NCBI GenBank assembly: GCA_051294375.1
Contig: CM119266.1
Location: 16,672,087 to 16,736,086, forward strand
Source of the DNA: Paraspadella gotoi
Lineage: Eukaryota; Animalia; Chaetognatha
Direction of reading: 5' to 3'
DNA length: 64,000 nucleotides
Numbering within the stretch: position 1 is the first letter of the stretch; every line of letters begins with the position of its first letter. Of this stretch, positions 13,344-26,567 are shown one piece after another. The translations under genes were made by a program, and so were the position numbers. The notes below the pieces were generated by a model. The model did no database searches, was not told the DNA's origin, and saw only the letters and a list, made by a program, of their open reading frames with translations.

Positions 13344-14025
13344 CAAAAGAAGCGAATTTCTAAGCATTCTTCGCATAAATGGTAGTCACTGGGTGGCTCC
13401 ACTCTGCGAGGTTATTCACGTCGTCTTCCCGCTAGAATCGAACGCACGAACTCGCGATCCGCCTCGCGAACCGTCTCACGCGCGATCGGGCGGAACGCGT
13501 TGATTCGGTCGGCTGTGCGTGAAGATTAAAAGCGCAACTGCGCCGACCTCGCTCCGCGCGGAGCATCTGGCGCGCTCTGCGGTGATCTGCGTCGAGATTC
13601 TCGTCTGTTCACAACACAGATTCAAAACGAATCTCTTATTTCCCTTTTGTTCTTCTTCAACACCAACGCACCTCGACATTCCCTTGAAAATTTGACAGCC
13701 ACTCGCCACCCGACACCCACCAGGGTTTCAAAATCGTGCCGGAGCATAACCGAGAGAAGAGGATCGAGCGGAGGACGGATCCAGTGACAAGACACGGAGC
13801 TCGTCTGGCGTTGGTGAAGGGGTGTGACGAGAAAAGAAGGGGGTTGACTAAGTGGGGTGGAGGTGGAAGTGAAGGGAGCGAAGAGAGAAGGGAATGGAGT
13901 TAATCGAAATGAGGTGGCGTGGCGTTTATAGAGACACTCGATAAATTTACGCTTCGAAAAATATTGAAAAAAAAGAAAAAAAAAGAACAAAACATGGTGT
14001 TGTATGTATGAAATTGTATATTGTA

Positions 14026-14659
14026 TAGTAGGGTGGAGTGATGAAAAGATTGAGTGATTGAACATTATTTTTTTGCTGCCTATGGACATATAATTAATGA
14101 ATTTTAAATCCTTTTAAAATTTTTTTTAGCATAACAGTATAGCAAATTCAATTATTTATGTAGTAATATCCTTATAAAATCGTCAAATTTCAAAATAATT
14201 TTTTTTTATTTTTAAGAACTGAGTTGGATTCGCTGTAAAAAACTAAGAAACTTTTATAAAATATATTATATGATATTTTAATGTTTAGACCGCAAAAAAT
14301 GACTAAAACGTTTTAACATATATAAGTTTCTACTACAGAGAATAAAAAAGTCAGGAATTTTCACCTTTTTTCTTATTTTAAACATTGAAGATGACAGAAT
14401 TTTTGATAACATGTTTTATATTTTTGATTCAACTTTTTATAAAGAATCTGAATCTTTAATAAAAGTTTTATAAAAAATATTTTTAAAATTTACTATTTTA
14501 TAAGGATATTACTACAAATATATTATATTTTACTATTCTGTTCCCGAGATAATATGAACAAAATATTTTTTGTACTAATTAATCATACTATCTCACATCT
14601 AAATATCATTGTTCGATCATTCAAATAAAGTTTTTGTTCTTGAGTGCTCCACTCTATTG
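14026..14659. mobile_element. MITE with long degenerate TIRs and TA flanks (Tc1/mariner-pogo-like)
   Basis: TA|TAGTAGGGTGGAG ... CTCCACTCTATTG|TA. The internal inverted match GTAGTAATATCCTTATAAAAT (about 14160) versus ATTTTATAAGGATATTACTAC (about 14495) is perfect. AT-rich, non-coding. Confidence 0.7.
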
Positions 14660-14750
14660 TATAGGTTGCTGATCGGAGCACAAATCGGGAACGAATGGAG
14701 CCAAAAGTTTGGCTGTCATGCTAATGTTTGGCGTGACAATTTATAGGATT

Positions 14751-14834
<84 letters not shown>

Positions 14835-14862
14835 AAAAAAAAAAGCAAGCAAGCAAGCAAGC
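14751..14862 (+). repeat. (GAAA)n microsatellite followed by (GCAA)n
   Basis: Seen directly. Confidence 0.95.
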
Positions 14863-15123
14863 GATTGTGAGAAACTCAGTTTCCCGGTTGTTCATTACAG
14901 CTGCTTGCATCCCTGACGTTTTTGTCTTGTTCGATAATGTTGTAGGTATGATTACGAGCCCTCAGTTCGCCGAGCCGTTGCCAAGAAGACGCGGTTGCCT
15001 TAGCAACGACGCGAGTCCCCGAAAGAGAAATCTGCGGCGGATCCGATGGGAAGGAAGAAGCTAACCTTTGACCCATCGTCTTTAGTCGCACCTGCGTAAG
15101 AGAAACAGAGTGGATAGATAGAC

Positions 15124-15182
<59 letters not shown>

Positions 15183-15395
15183 CAATAGACAATATTAATT
15201 AATCGCGGCTTTAGAGAGAGAGAGAGAAAGAATTTATTCGTATAGAAAGGCCTTAAGAGGCCCTTAATGATTTGCACCCCAATGGACAGAAACTAAACTG
15301 CGAAGAACCGGGTCCCATTTTGTATTATCGACTTCGGTTTTGATAGTTCGTTTTGAATGAGACAGGCTAATTCATTGCTTATGAGTTAGTGATGA

Positions 15396-15577
15396 AACCG
15401 TTCAATATAAGTAGTCCCTGAGCCTTCGGCATCAGGCTGTAACACCATGTTACCAGGCGCCGGGTTAAGCGCCCCGTCCCTCTTAACATGCCAGACGACC
15501 ACCGGGCTAGAACCCCGGACCTTTGGGTTGGGAGGCAGATGACTTGCTCCGGCACTAATGGCCGCTGATGAACGGTT
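15396..15577 (-). mobile_element. tRNA-derived SINE-like element (copy A)
   Basis: Minus strand: A-box-like TAGTGCCGGAGC, anticodon-arm-like GCCTCCCAACC, B-box-like GGTTCTAGCCC, then body GGGACGGGGCGCTTAACCC...TACAGCCTGATGCCGAAG shared with the copy at 30971-31148. Confidence 0.6.
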
Positions 15578-15792
15578 GGTGGGTTTTAGTCCACCATACA
15601 TCCCCCCTCCCGTAGGAAGATGTCTGTTGCGTCTCTTCAGTGAATTGTTGTTGTTGGTGGAAAGTGCGTCACCAAGTATGGGCATGTCGCCTGATGTGTG
15701 TGTGGGCGGAAAAGTGCATCGCCAGGTTGAGGCATGTTCGCCTGAAAGTCTTGTTGTTGCTGTTGTGTTCGGAAGTCGGGCTCACCAATGAA

Positions 15793-16024
15793 GAGACAGT
15801 AATTATTGTTATGAGTTAGTGATAGAACCGTTCAAATATAAAGCAGTCCCTGAGCTTCGGATCAGGCTGTAACACCATGTTACAGGCGGGTTAAGCGCCC
15901 CGTCCTCTTAACTGCCAGACGACCACCGCGGCTAGAACCCCCGGACCTGGGTTGGGAGGCGAATGACTTGCCTCCGGCACCAATGGCCGCATGATGAACG
16001 GTTGGTGGGTTTTAGTCCACCATA
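15793..16024 (-). repeat. Second, indel-riddled copy of 15357-15598 (SINE copy A')
   Basis: Near-identical to 15357-15598, differing almost entirely by single-base insertions and deletions. Confidence 0.85.
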
Positions 16025-17090
16025 GTTTATAACTTTTTAGCGCATCCGAATACAGTTATGTTCTAATCGAAAGTAAAATAAAAAGTTTCTCGGGTTTATC
16101 AACTTTATGTTTTATTTTTACCATCAAGAACCAAAACATTCAGTTTTTTAGGATTAATTCCGCCATTGGGATGACGCTAATTTATTAATCATACTCAACT
16201 ATGCGACGGTGGGTGTATTTCGATCGAGGGAAGAGAAAGAAAGAAAAAAGAAATGAATCAAGTCGACAAGAAAGCAAAGCACGTAAGCAAACGCTACGGA
16301 CAGATCTATTCTCTACCTACGCTCGATATGTAATATATTTGTATAAAAAACATTTAACTATCGCTCCGTCTCGCTCGAAATCTTTAGCTCTATACGCTGC
16401 TCCCAACTCCAAACGACCCTGGATCCTGGATGCCTCTCCTCTCAGCGCGCAATTTGACGCCCACGATTGACGAGAAGAAGCGACGAGAAAGAATAAAGAG
16501 AAAAAAACTTATCATCCGCCATTAAAGTTGAGGCTCTTGACTTCGCCTCTCGACGACCTTCGGAATTGTTGTTGAGAAAGAGAGAGAGAGAGAGAGAGAT
16601 GGAGAGAGGAGAGAGAGGAGGAGAGAGTGAGAGAGAGAGAGATTGAGAGAGAAGAGGAGAGAGACGAGACGAGACAGACCGAATGTCAAATTGACGTCTC
16701 TTCAATTCGACGCTCACGATACTCCCCCCAAACAAAAAAGAGGAATGTGTGGCGGAGGACGGACGACGACGACGGACGACGACCGTGATGAAGAATGGAA
16801 GAGATTCCATTTTTTTTCGGAGTCGAAGGAGACGAAGAAGGATTCGCCGACATCAGCGAATTTGTAAAGAACCCCGAAAGATCCATTAGGGAATCATGAG
16901 AAAACGGGGGAGTGGGGGGTGTTGAAGTGGGAAGTGGAAGGTAGGGGGCGGAGGGGAATGGAGTTAAAGTGGATGAAGGGAGAAGGGCGGGCGGAAAGGA
17001 CGATAGAAAGAGGAAAAGAGAAGAGAATAGAGTGAAAAGCAAAGGCGTTCTTTGATCGAAACGAGTCTCAGTTTTGACCGAATGGAGAGA

Positions 17091-17131
<41 letters not shown>

Positions 17132-18049
17132 AGAAAATAAGGAATAAGGGGAAAAAAGGGAAAATAGAAAGACTAAAAACGAACTAAGTTACAAACTCGA
17201 ACTAATGAATTATAAGATTTGTCTTTTGCCGGCCCACTCACATTATTTGATCAATTCATAAATCATTATTCCAATTTCGAATAAAATCTTCATCATTCAC
17301 TGGCTTTGGGAGTAAAAAAGTGGCGTTTAAAATTTCAACTCATAGGAATAACGTTATTTGTTGCATCTCAACAACATTTCAAGCTTTTAAAATTTTACAT
17401 AATCAACAATAATAAATCATCGATTAATTATCAATCATCACTTAATCATTCGCCGATTAGCAGATTTCAATTTAATTTAAGCCTCTTTCGTAATCTTTTC
17501 TTTACCACTCATGTCTTCCGTGAGCAGAGCGTTAAAAGAGTCAGCGGAGTTGAAAAAAAAAGAGTTTATTTTAGACACACGCGCTATACTTTTTTTTTAA
17601 TTAACACATTCTAAATCATTCTTCTGTCGACTAGTTTCGAGAATATAAAACAATTATCGGCTCTAAAACGACGACGTTTCGACGTTGCGAATCCCCGTCA
17701 GCCTTCTAACGCATCGAGACACTCGGCCGCGAGATCGTAGACTTGCGGGTTTCGTAACTCCTTCTCGGAGGGCATCGTGTGACCGCGGACTTGCGGAGGA
17801 ACGATGATGACTACGTCCTTGAAGAAGTATCGCTCCGTTAAAATTCACAACTCTGATTGAGCGAGACGAACGACCAAAAAAGTCGGCAACGAATAAATCA
17901 AATCCAATTAGATAAATTTGACGACGCTTTACTCAAAGACCAAGTATGCGGCCGCTAGCGGAGCCTTTACCGGCTCGTCACTAAAGGACCGTTCCTCCAT
18001 AAGATTACTCTGTCGATGTCAATGAAAATGAGGTTTTGCGGGACCTTAC

Positions 18050-18600
18050 CGCCGGGTCTCTGGAATGGTGCGGCCGCCAGACCAGCATCTGCGCGTGGTT
18101 GGCGTCGGGAGGAAGTTTGGCCACTTTCGGGATTGGGAAGATCTTAGGCTCGACTTGCGGCATGGGCTGAATCTGAACCAACCGTTTGGTAAAACTAGGT
18201 TACAATATCTTTCTGCAACGAAATCCAGAAAGAAAGGAAAAACAACAACAACGCCAACAGCGGGAACAGCACCCGCTTGACCTTGGGCTCATGTAGAAAC
18301 GATCTGGTGCCCAACGACTGATGTCCGTCGATTCGAATGTGGATATCGCATTCCCACGTCAAGGACTTGAGTTCGATGCATTCGCCTGTCGTGTCATTGT
18401 CATTTTTTTGGGGTTGTTTTTCAGCTGGCTGATTTGCGTATCTCTTGATTACTTACCGTTGGTCTCGTTGAAGGCAACGAGTCCACGAGTTTGAACTTTG
18501 TTTTCTCTTGATGCAACTGAGATCGACTTGTTCGCTTGAGTGCATGCTTGCTGGGCGCTTCGTAGGCCGATGGAAATATAGAAGAAATGTGTTAGCAGAC
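18050..18600 (-). other. Possible exons of an unidentified spliced minus-strand transcript
   Basis: Strong donors CG|GTAAGT (18457) and CG|GTAAGG (18050), and a polypyrimidine acceptor ttttcctttctttctggatttcgttgCAG (18213), bound GC-rich complex sequence. No recognisable protein. Confidence 0.2.
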
Positions 18601-19652
18601 GCTTGAAAGCTGTTAACGAGACGGGACAACCGGGGAGAGTGGATAAAAATATATATTTTGGTGAATGGGGAAATTTTCACTGCTTGGGCAATGAGGTGTT
18701 GAGATTGTTTCAGCGATAATATGAAGGCCATATAGATCTTTACTCTCATAACGTTGCGTGAGAGCGGGACTTGTCACTTCATGGAAAACCGTGAGTTAGT
18801 TATCGCCTGAAGTGAAGAGTTCACCGGACTGAGATTCAGCTTATCCTTTGTCTTTTTGCCATTCCCGTCTTTCTTTTCTTTTGTCATTTCATTCGTTTTC
18901 TGTTCTTGTCTGTGTTCGTTGTTCCGTTCGTTCGTCTTTCGTTCTTTTCTTTCTTTCTTTCTTTCTTTTTTTCTTTTCTTTTCTTCTTTCTTTCTTTTCT
19001 TTCTTTTCTTTACTTTCTTTACTTCTACATTATTCATTATCATTCATTCATTTCAGTTTGCATTGCCCTTATTTTTTACTCTTCACGTTATCTCAGACGA
19101 CCCAACTAAAAATACCAACAACACAATTAGAGACTGAACGCTGGATGGGTTCCGCGATTTGGTTACGTTTTCTCCTCTGTGGTCGTTGCCCGTAGAATGG
19201 TTAGGACTGTCCCGTCAGAATCGCTTGACGCCGTCGCAGGGCCGAATGGTTGAGCTGCGGAATTTCCACGAGTGAAACGCCATTTCTTTGTATTGTGGAT
19301 TTCGGTTGACCGTGTCCGCCGTGGGGGATTTGGGTGTTAAGAGGTCGGGTCTCTTCTAACTCACAATCTCTAAACCACTACACAAATTCGACGGACAAAA
19401 TATCTTATAAAAGAATCTGTTTTTATAAAGTTCGGGTTCGGGTCAAATTGAGCATTTGATGAATAAACGGAATTCGGATAAAAACTGAGATACTGACACG
19501 TTAACGAAGCTCATGTAGTAACAGGACTGAACCCATCCGATCGTCCAAATTTGACCAAGAGGAACTGTAAGACCAGGCGATCCATCGAATATCGAACAAG
19601 TTTAGTATATTAAAATTAATTTAATTTCTTTTTTGACTGTGAGTAAAAAAAA

Positions 19653-19811
19653 ATGATAAGTTGTGGCAACAACAACACGCGTCCTTATCAGATCAAGAAC
19701 CATGGCCGAACTTTATCCGGTCATCGGTCAGCGATTGAGTGAGAAGGATAAAGTTCGGCCATGGTTCTTGATCTGATAAGGTCGAATGTTGTTGTTGCCA
19801 CAACTTATCAT
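19653..19811. repeat. Near-perfect inverted repeat (66-bp arms, 27-nt loop)
   Basis: ATGATAAGTTGTGGCAACAACAACA...AAGAACCATGGCCGAACTTTATCC (19653-19718) is the reverse complement of 19746-19811 with 3 mismatches. Confidence 0.92.
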
Positions 19812-21134
19812 CAGTAGATATCGGTATATGTTAGTATTTATACTAGTATATATCTGTATCAGTATATATAATATTATATATAGTTCGATAAATGGGATCG
19901 TGGCTTTTCCTGGTGGAACCGTGACCGTCGCCTTCGCTCTCATCGTCGGCGTCCTGTGAGAAAGAACGAGTCAGAATACTCAAATTGGCAAATCGGCCAC
20001 TATTTTCAAGTTATACCAAACAACAGAGAACCCTCGACGTTATGTTATTAAATTATTATATGATTTTATTTTCTTGACTTGACTCATAAAAGTAAAAAAA
20101 AGTAAGAATTCCACGTCAACACTGATCGAGAATGAGACAGTTTTTTTTTTGAAAATTGTAATCACTGCATCGGCTTAACTATGGGAAAATGGACGACTTT
20201 TTTCGTTTTTCTCATTGCGACTTTGGGTTGGATGGGATTTCGGTAGACTTCGAGTTGGACTGAGAATCAAAACGGGGGGGAGTGAGAGGGGGGGAGGGTG
20301 GATGGGACGATAGGAGGCGATCGAGGAAGGGGGTAAAAGAGAAGGATGGATTGAGGAATCTAGGGTTTGTGTGGCTAATCAAAACGATTCCACTTCTTTG
20401 ACATTTTCATGTTCAACGACGCGGCAGTGAAAAGATACAAAAAGGTGTTTTGGTTAAGGCATTAAGACCCTCGTACATACTTTTTAAATGCTTCATTATT
20501 TGCTCCTTCGATTCCCAAGCGACGTTTAATTTACTCGTTCCGCCGCGATTTTGAGAGACTCCGAACCGCTCTTTATGCGGGGAAATGACTTAGGACATGA
20601 AAGTTGTCAGAATCAAGCGGTGACGTTGTTTAACAATATCACTTCGACTATAAATACGGTTATTCACGTTAGGAACGAATAATTGATAAAGGGGTTGCGC
20701 AGAAATTGAAACCGAAATATAGATTAAACTAAAAATTTAAAAATAAACGGTGAAAAAAAGATAACTTGACAGAAATAGAGTTTAAGATAAACAAATGATC
20801 GTTGAACTCACTTCCCCTTCTATTTCTGTTTTGAGAAAGTTGGCCGCCCATTCGCGCACAACCTGACGTCAGAGAGCAACAAAATCATACAAGATCATAC
20901 AAGATCACTGAACTTTAGTTTTCTCGCGTTTATTTTACAAACTTGTTGGAACGCATTACCTCGTTCTTTCTTTTTTGGACTATTCGTTTGTTAAATTAAC
21001 TTATTACGTATCACGATGAAGAAGACGTATGACGGAATTGAAACTGTAAAAAAAAATCATTCTGTTAGGAGAGTAAAACTTTTATTTAAAAAGAAATTCA
21101 ATAGTCTAAATCGAATTAAGCATTAAATTTTAAC

Positions 21135-21254
<120 letters not shown>

Positions 21255-24200
21255 GAGAGGAGAAGGAAAGAAAGAAACAGAGAGAGAGAGAGAGAGGGAG
21301 GAGATAAATTGGCCATAAAAATTTTCGGAGGGGCGCGACATTCCAACGGATTTCGATTCGTTTTATTTGCATTGCAAAAAGTCGGCGTAGAAACAAATGC
21401 TTCGCGAATTGGCTTCATTTTTCTTTCCCCGTCCCCAAACTTCATGGTTCTATATCTGCGCTAATGAAGACAAATTCATTGCGTATACGAGTGAGAGGAC
21501 TGGGTGGGGTACTGGTGTGATACTGGATTGATATCAATAGATCTTAATTCCTTATGTTTTATCTTTTATTAAATTTTAAATGATCAATAGAGCGTATATT
21601 TTATGATTTATTATTATTAATGTTAAAAATGAACCTTTTTATTTTTTAGGTGGAATCGAGAGGCGACAAAAAACTTTCAAGATCAACATGAAAATCACAA
21701 GTCGCGCCGGACGGAATTTTCGATGAGAAGAAATATCGTGTTTCCATATGTAAAATAAAACTGCGTTCGTTCATAAAATGTAAAAAAAAAAAACTTCATG
21801 TGCAATTTTAATGTGTGATGATCATGGTAAACAGCTCAAGAGTTTGTTATGAAATTTCAACCAGACTATAGTAAATAAAGTCTTTTATCTCAAGAAAAAA
21901 GCTCGTCAATAAATTTTTTTTTTAGATAAACAGCAAAACGTTTTATTAAATAAGTTTGTACTCGAGATTTTTTGTAAGATTTAATTTGGATTTAGTTTGG
22001 AACTGAAGTGTGATATCAAAAAAGAAATTCAGCCACGATAAGAAGTGAAATCACACAAAATTAATTTCGAAAGAAAAAGGACTGAAAAACTAAAAAAAGT
22101 TGCGTGCAACTCGAGTTCCTCTCAGTTGTTTTTCCCACAGACTCCTCCCTTCTTCAACGAACTCTCGGCGGGAACCAAATTGTTCCATTTGAGCGAACGA
22201 CTGTCGTATTCATAAACGGCGCCAGAAACTCTTCGCAAGGAAAATCTCCCATTTTTATTTCGCCATCAAAAGTTACTGGCGCTTTTGGTTGGACGGGGGC
22301 TAAAAAAAAATTGTTTAGTTAGTTGCATGCGTCGGTTGTGTTGTAAAGATAGAAAAAAAAATTGTTGCCGTTATAAATTCAGTTTCAACGGAAAAGTAAG
22401 GGACATCTGAGACAATTTTTTTTTCGCTGCAAAAAAATACGAGAAAGAGAAATTTATCCCTTCATATCTGTGCGTCTCTAGGAACAGCTGAATCCATCAG
22501 TAATAGGTAGATAGATAAATTTGATAGTAATAATTTGATAATCTGAAAAATTGTAAACTTGACAAACTGTTCATTTATTTCAAAAGTCGAAAATTTTGCG
22601 CAATAATTTTTTAAAATATTTTAATCTCATGTTAAATACAAGTAAACAATAGCAATGATTGAGTAATACTCAATAAATATTGATAAAGGAAACAATTCAA
22701 ATTTTTGTATTTTGTATTTTGTATTTTGTATTTTGTATTTTTCTTCATGAAGTAGAACAAACTCTAGTAATAGTTTTAATTTTAGGACATATAGCTTCAT
22801 GACACTAAGATTTCTTTCGTAAAAGTAACAAACAAGAAACCTTTAAAGTCGATCCAGAATGTTTACGTTCAGTAACCAAGGTTTGAGCTTTGTTTACTAA
22901 AAATAGTAACCTACGCAACTCCCGCCATTTCCGTTCCCTTTCGTCCGATTTTTTTCTCTCCGTGCCGCGCCCAGCCCTCCCCCCCTCCACCTTGCCGCCG
23001 GAAATGGAGTCGGCGATGTTTGTGGAATCGAGACTGGCGACGCCGGATTTGAAGCAAAAAGGTTCTTTTCGACTCCGACATCGGCGTCCTTTTTTTTCCG
23101 AGCGCCGTCTCTTCCCCTCCGCCACCATCGGCGGCGTCTTTTTTTCATTCGCGCATTTTTGTTTTGCGTCGGGGAAATTGATGTCGCGTCGAGGGTCGCG
23201 TCTACGAAGAGTGGGACGATGGCGCGGAGAGAGACAGAGAGAGGATGGAGAGAGACGGAGATAGAATGGAGAGAGGAGATAGAACGGAGAGAGAAGGAGA
23301 AGAGATGGAGAGAGACGGAGATAGAATGGAGAGAGGATGGAGAGAGACGAGATAGAATGGAGAGAGGAGATAGAAGCGGAGAGAATAAGTGAGATAGAAA
23401 TGGAGAGAGAAGGAGAAGAATGAAGAGAGACGGAGATTTGGAAGGCGGAGGAAGGGCAGCGCTCCGAGGAGGAGAGATGAAATGCTGGAACAGGTGTGAG
23501 AGGCCGAATATTTTCCAAAGTTCGAGTTGACAACTAAGAAAATGAAGTGAGTGGTAAGTGAGTGGTGAGTGAGTGGTAAGCGGGGAGGTTTAAATTTGTG
23601 AATGCGTAATACGTAAGAGAAGGAACAATTCTCAAGCCAGTGCCCGATTTTGAAAAAGAACACGGTAAGAAAGATAAAGTTAGATAAGGAAGAAGGAGAC
23701 GGAAGGATGTATAAGCGAAGATACTGAGTGGATTGAGAGTGGGTGGCGGCCCGGCGGCCCGGCGTCTGGACAATCTTCCTCGATTAAAACCTCGCAATCT
23801 CCTCCTTTGCTCCTCCTCTTCATTTCTCCTTTTTTCCCGCCCACGCCTTCGGTGAACCCGTCTGATCTCCACAGTTAAAAAAGACTGAAGCTAAAATGTC
23901 GTCTGCTTTCGATTCTCTTCTTCGCACATTGAACACCGGTGCTTTGATTTGTTTTTTTTTTTAGCATTTTAACCGTTTTTTAAAATCACTTTTTATCTTC
24001 CAGATTCATTTTTTTCTCAATAGTTGGTTTATTCTAGTTTTTTTTCTCACGAACGTCATTTTCCTATTATCCATTTAAAAGTAATCATTGTTTATTTTTT
24101 TTTCATGTATACGTAATTACGTATACGCCAACCACGCCCCCTCAAATAATTACCAAGAGCTACGAATCACCCTGCCCCTCTCAACTCTAACCCTTCTCTC

Positions 24201-24862
24201 TTTTAATCCTTTCTCCTCCCCTTCACTTCATTCGATTCTTCACTTGACTTCATTCCTCTCCCGTCTCCCCTGACCCCTCTCCCTCGCCCACCTCCGATCT
24301 CTCGCTCGAAAAAGAATTCATAGAATTTTGGTTCCACAGGAATTCGGCGGTCGATATCCGCCCCGGGAAAACAACAACAGCGCGTACGACGACGACGACG
24401 ACGACCTAAGGCCGGAATTTTAATCACCTCCGTCATAACATTGATGAGGTTTCTCCCGGCTCCGCCCTTGTTTGAGGGGAGGGGAGCGTCGGCCGGGGTG
24501 AGAACCCATTTCGGTGAGCGATTTTGAATGAGGCGTATTAATCTTGACGCCTGAATTACAAAGAAAAATCTTGCCTAATATGTTAAGGTAGAATTATAAA
24601 TGCTGCAATGCTGCTTTCATTAACTGTGACTGTAGCTTGCGGTTTCTCTTTTAATTAAGTAACCAGTGTGCTAGCGTCAGCGTCTTTAACCGTGATATTC
24701 ATTGTCAACCCTTTCTCATGAGCTTCGGCAATTCGTCATCTTTCCATCAAGTGGTAGTCGTCCGTTATCCGTTGCTTTTCGTCCCGCTCTTCACTGATGC
24801 AGTCGATTTTCAAAGGAGGCCGTTGTATCCCTAGTCGGCGTCGTCGTCGTCCCCCGGTGACA

Positions 24863-24894
<32 letters not shown>

Positions 24895-25421
24895 AATATT
24901 CTAGGGATCGAGATTGAGGATTCGAGGAATGTCGGTCGTAATCGGGGTCGTTCGCAGTCGGGCGGGATTTCGCCCCGCGACGACGACGCGAGGCGCGAGC
25001 GAACGACGCAAACGACAACAATAACAACAACGAGAACAAACAACTCGAGACTCTTGGGACGGGATTAAAAACGGAGACCGAAAACAAAAAACAATGAAAA
25101 ACAAATCGAGGATTTTCGGCCACGAGTTGAGAGAGAGGAAGAATTAACAATGGCAAGACAGGCGGACACATTCGTCTCGCTCTCTGTCGGTGTCTTTCAG
25201 ACATTTAAAATAGAAAACTGTGATGTTGGATGATCGATGACATTACGCAGTCAGGCGAATAGAGATCACGTGAGTGCGTCACTTTGTTTACGCAAGATTC
25301 GCGACGCCTTGACACGAATCCCGAGGGAAAAGAGACAGGGCTAGATAAGAGAGAGAGATAGATAGACACATAGATAGAGAGAGGGAGAGGAAGAGAGAGA
25401 GAGGGTACAATAAATAATAAT

Positions 25422-26068
25422 NNNNNNNNNNNNNNNNNNNNNNNNNNNNNNNNNNNNNNNNNNNNNNNNNNNNNNNNNNNNNNNNNNNNNNNNNNNNNNN
25501 NNNNNNNNNNNNNNNNNNNNNNNNNNNNNNNNNNNNNNNNNNNNNNNNNNNNNNNNNNNNNNNNNNNNNNNNNNNNNNNNNNNNNNNNNNNNNNNNNNNN
25601 NNNNNNNNNNNNNNNNNNNNNNNNNNNNNNNNNNNNNNNNNNNNNNNNNNNNNNNNNNNNNNNNNNNNNNNNNNNNNNNNNNNNNNNNNNNNNNNNNNNN
25701 NNNNNNNNNNNNNNNNNNNNNNNNNNNNNNNNNNNNNNNNNNNNNNNNNNNNNNNNNNNNNNNNNNNNNNNNNNNNNNNNNNNNNNNNNNNNNNNNNNNN
25801 NNNNNNNNNNNNNNNNNNNNNNNNNNNNNNNNNNNNNNNNNNNNNNNNNNNNNNNNNNNNNNNNNNNNNNNNNNNNNNNNNNNNNNNNNNNNNNNNNNNN
25901 NNNNNNNNNNNNNNNNNNNNNNNNNNNNNNNNNNNNNNNNNNNNNNNNNNNNNNNNNNNNNNNNNNNNNNNNNNNNNNNNNNNNNNNNNNNNNNNNNNNN
26001 NNNNNNNNNNNNNNNNNNNNNNNNNNNNNNNNNNNNNNNNNNNNNNNNNNNNNNNNNNNNNNNNNNNN
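25422..26068. other. Assembly gap (other gaps: 26670-26783, 33087-33096, 35860-36119, 42835-42860)
   Basis: Runs of N. Confidence 1.
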
Positions 26069-26534
26069 CGTAAAATTGGGTTTCGAGCGATAAAATCCCT
26101 TTAATTTCCTCTTTTAATCTTTATTTTATTCCTTTTTATGCGAGAGAGGGAAACATGCGACATTCCGCCTTCTCCTCTAGCGACCGACTTCACAATGGTA
26201 AACAGGAAGGCGAGTTCTGCATCAATCTTTTCCTTCCAACTTCGTTCCGTATTTTTTATCATTTCTATTTAACTCTCTCATTTCCTTTTTTTCCTCTCGG
26301 AAAATTTCCTTCCGTATCGCTACTTTATCCCCCCACCCCTCAAAAACGATCCCCCGTTGCTAAGAGCAACAGAAAGTTATTTTGACCTTTTGTTTACTAC
26401 AGACTCGGACGCGACGCGAGCGCCATACGTTAACCGTCGTTGTTTCCGCGCCCGACGTATTGGCACCATTAGAACGCCACCCGTCTCAGCTTTTTCTTCC
26501 GACGCAGAAAAACCATCATCGTTTTTCTCATCCG

Positions 26535-26567
<33 letters not shown>

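Noticed and set aside
15391-15577. Hammerhead ribozyme (GAAA at ~15394, CTGATGA at ~15565)
   Set aside because: The core words are present, but stem II and stems I/III cannot be formed in the required topology by eye. A tRNA-derived SINE explains the region better.
22100-22332. Short inverted ends GCGTGCAACT / AGTTGCATGC as a MITE
   Set aside because: Only a 10-bp imperfect match, no TSD and no second copy in the window.
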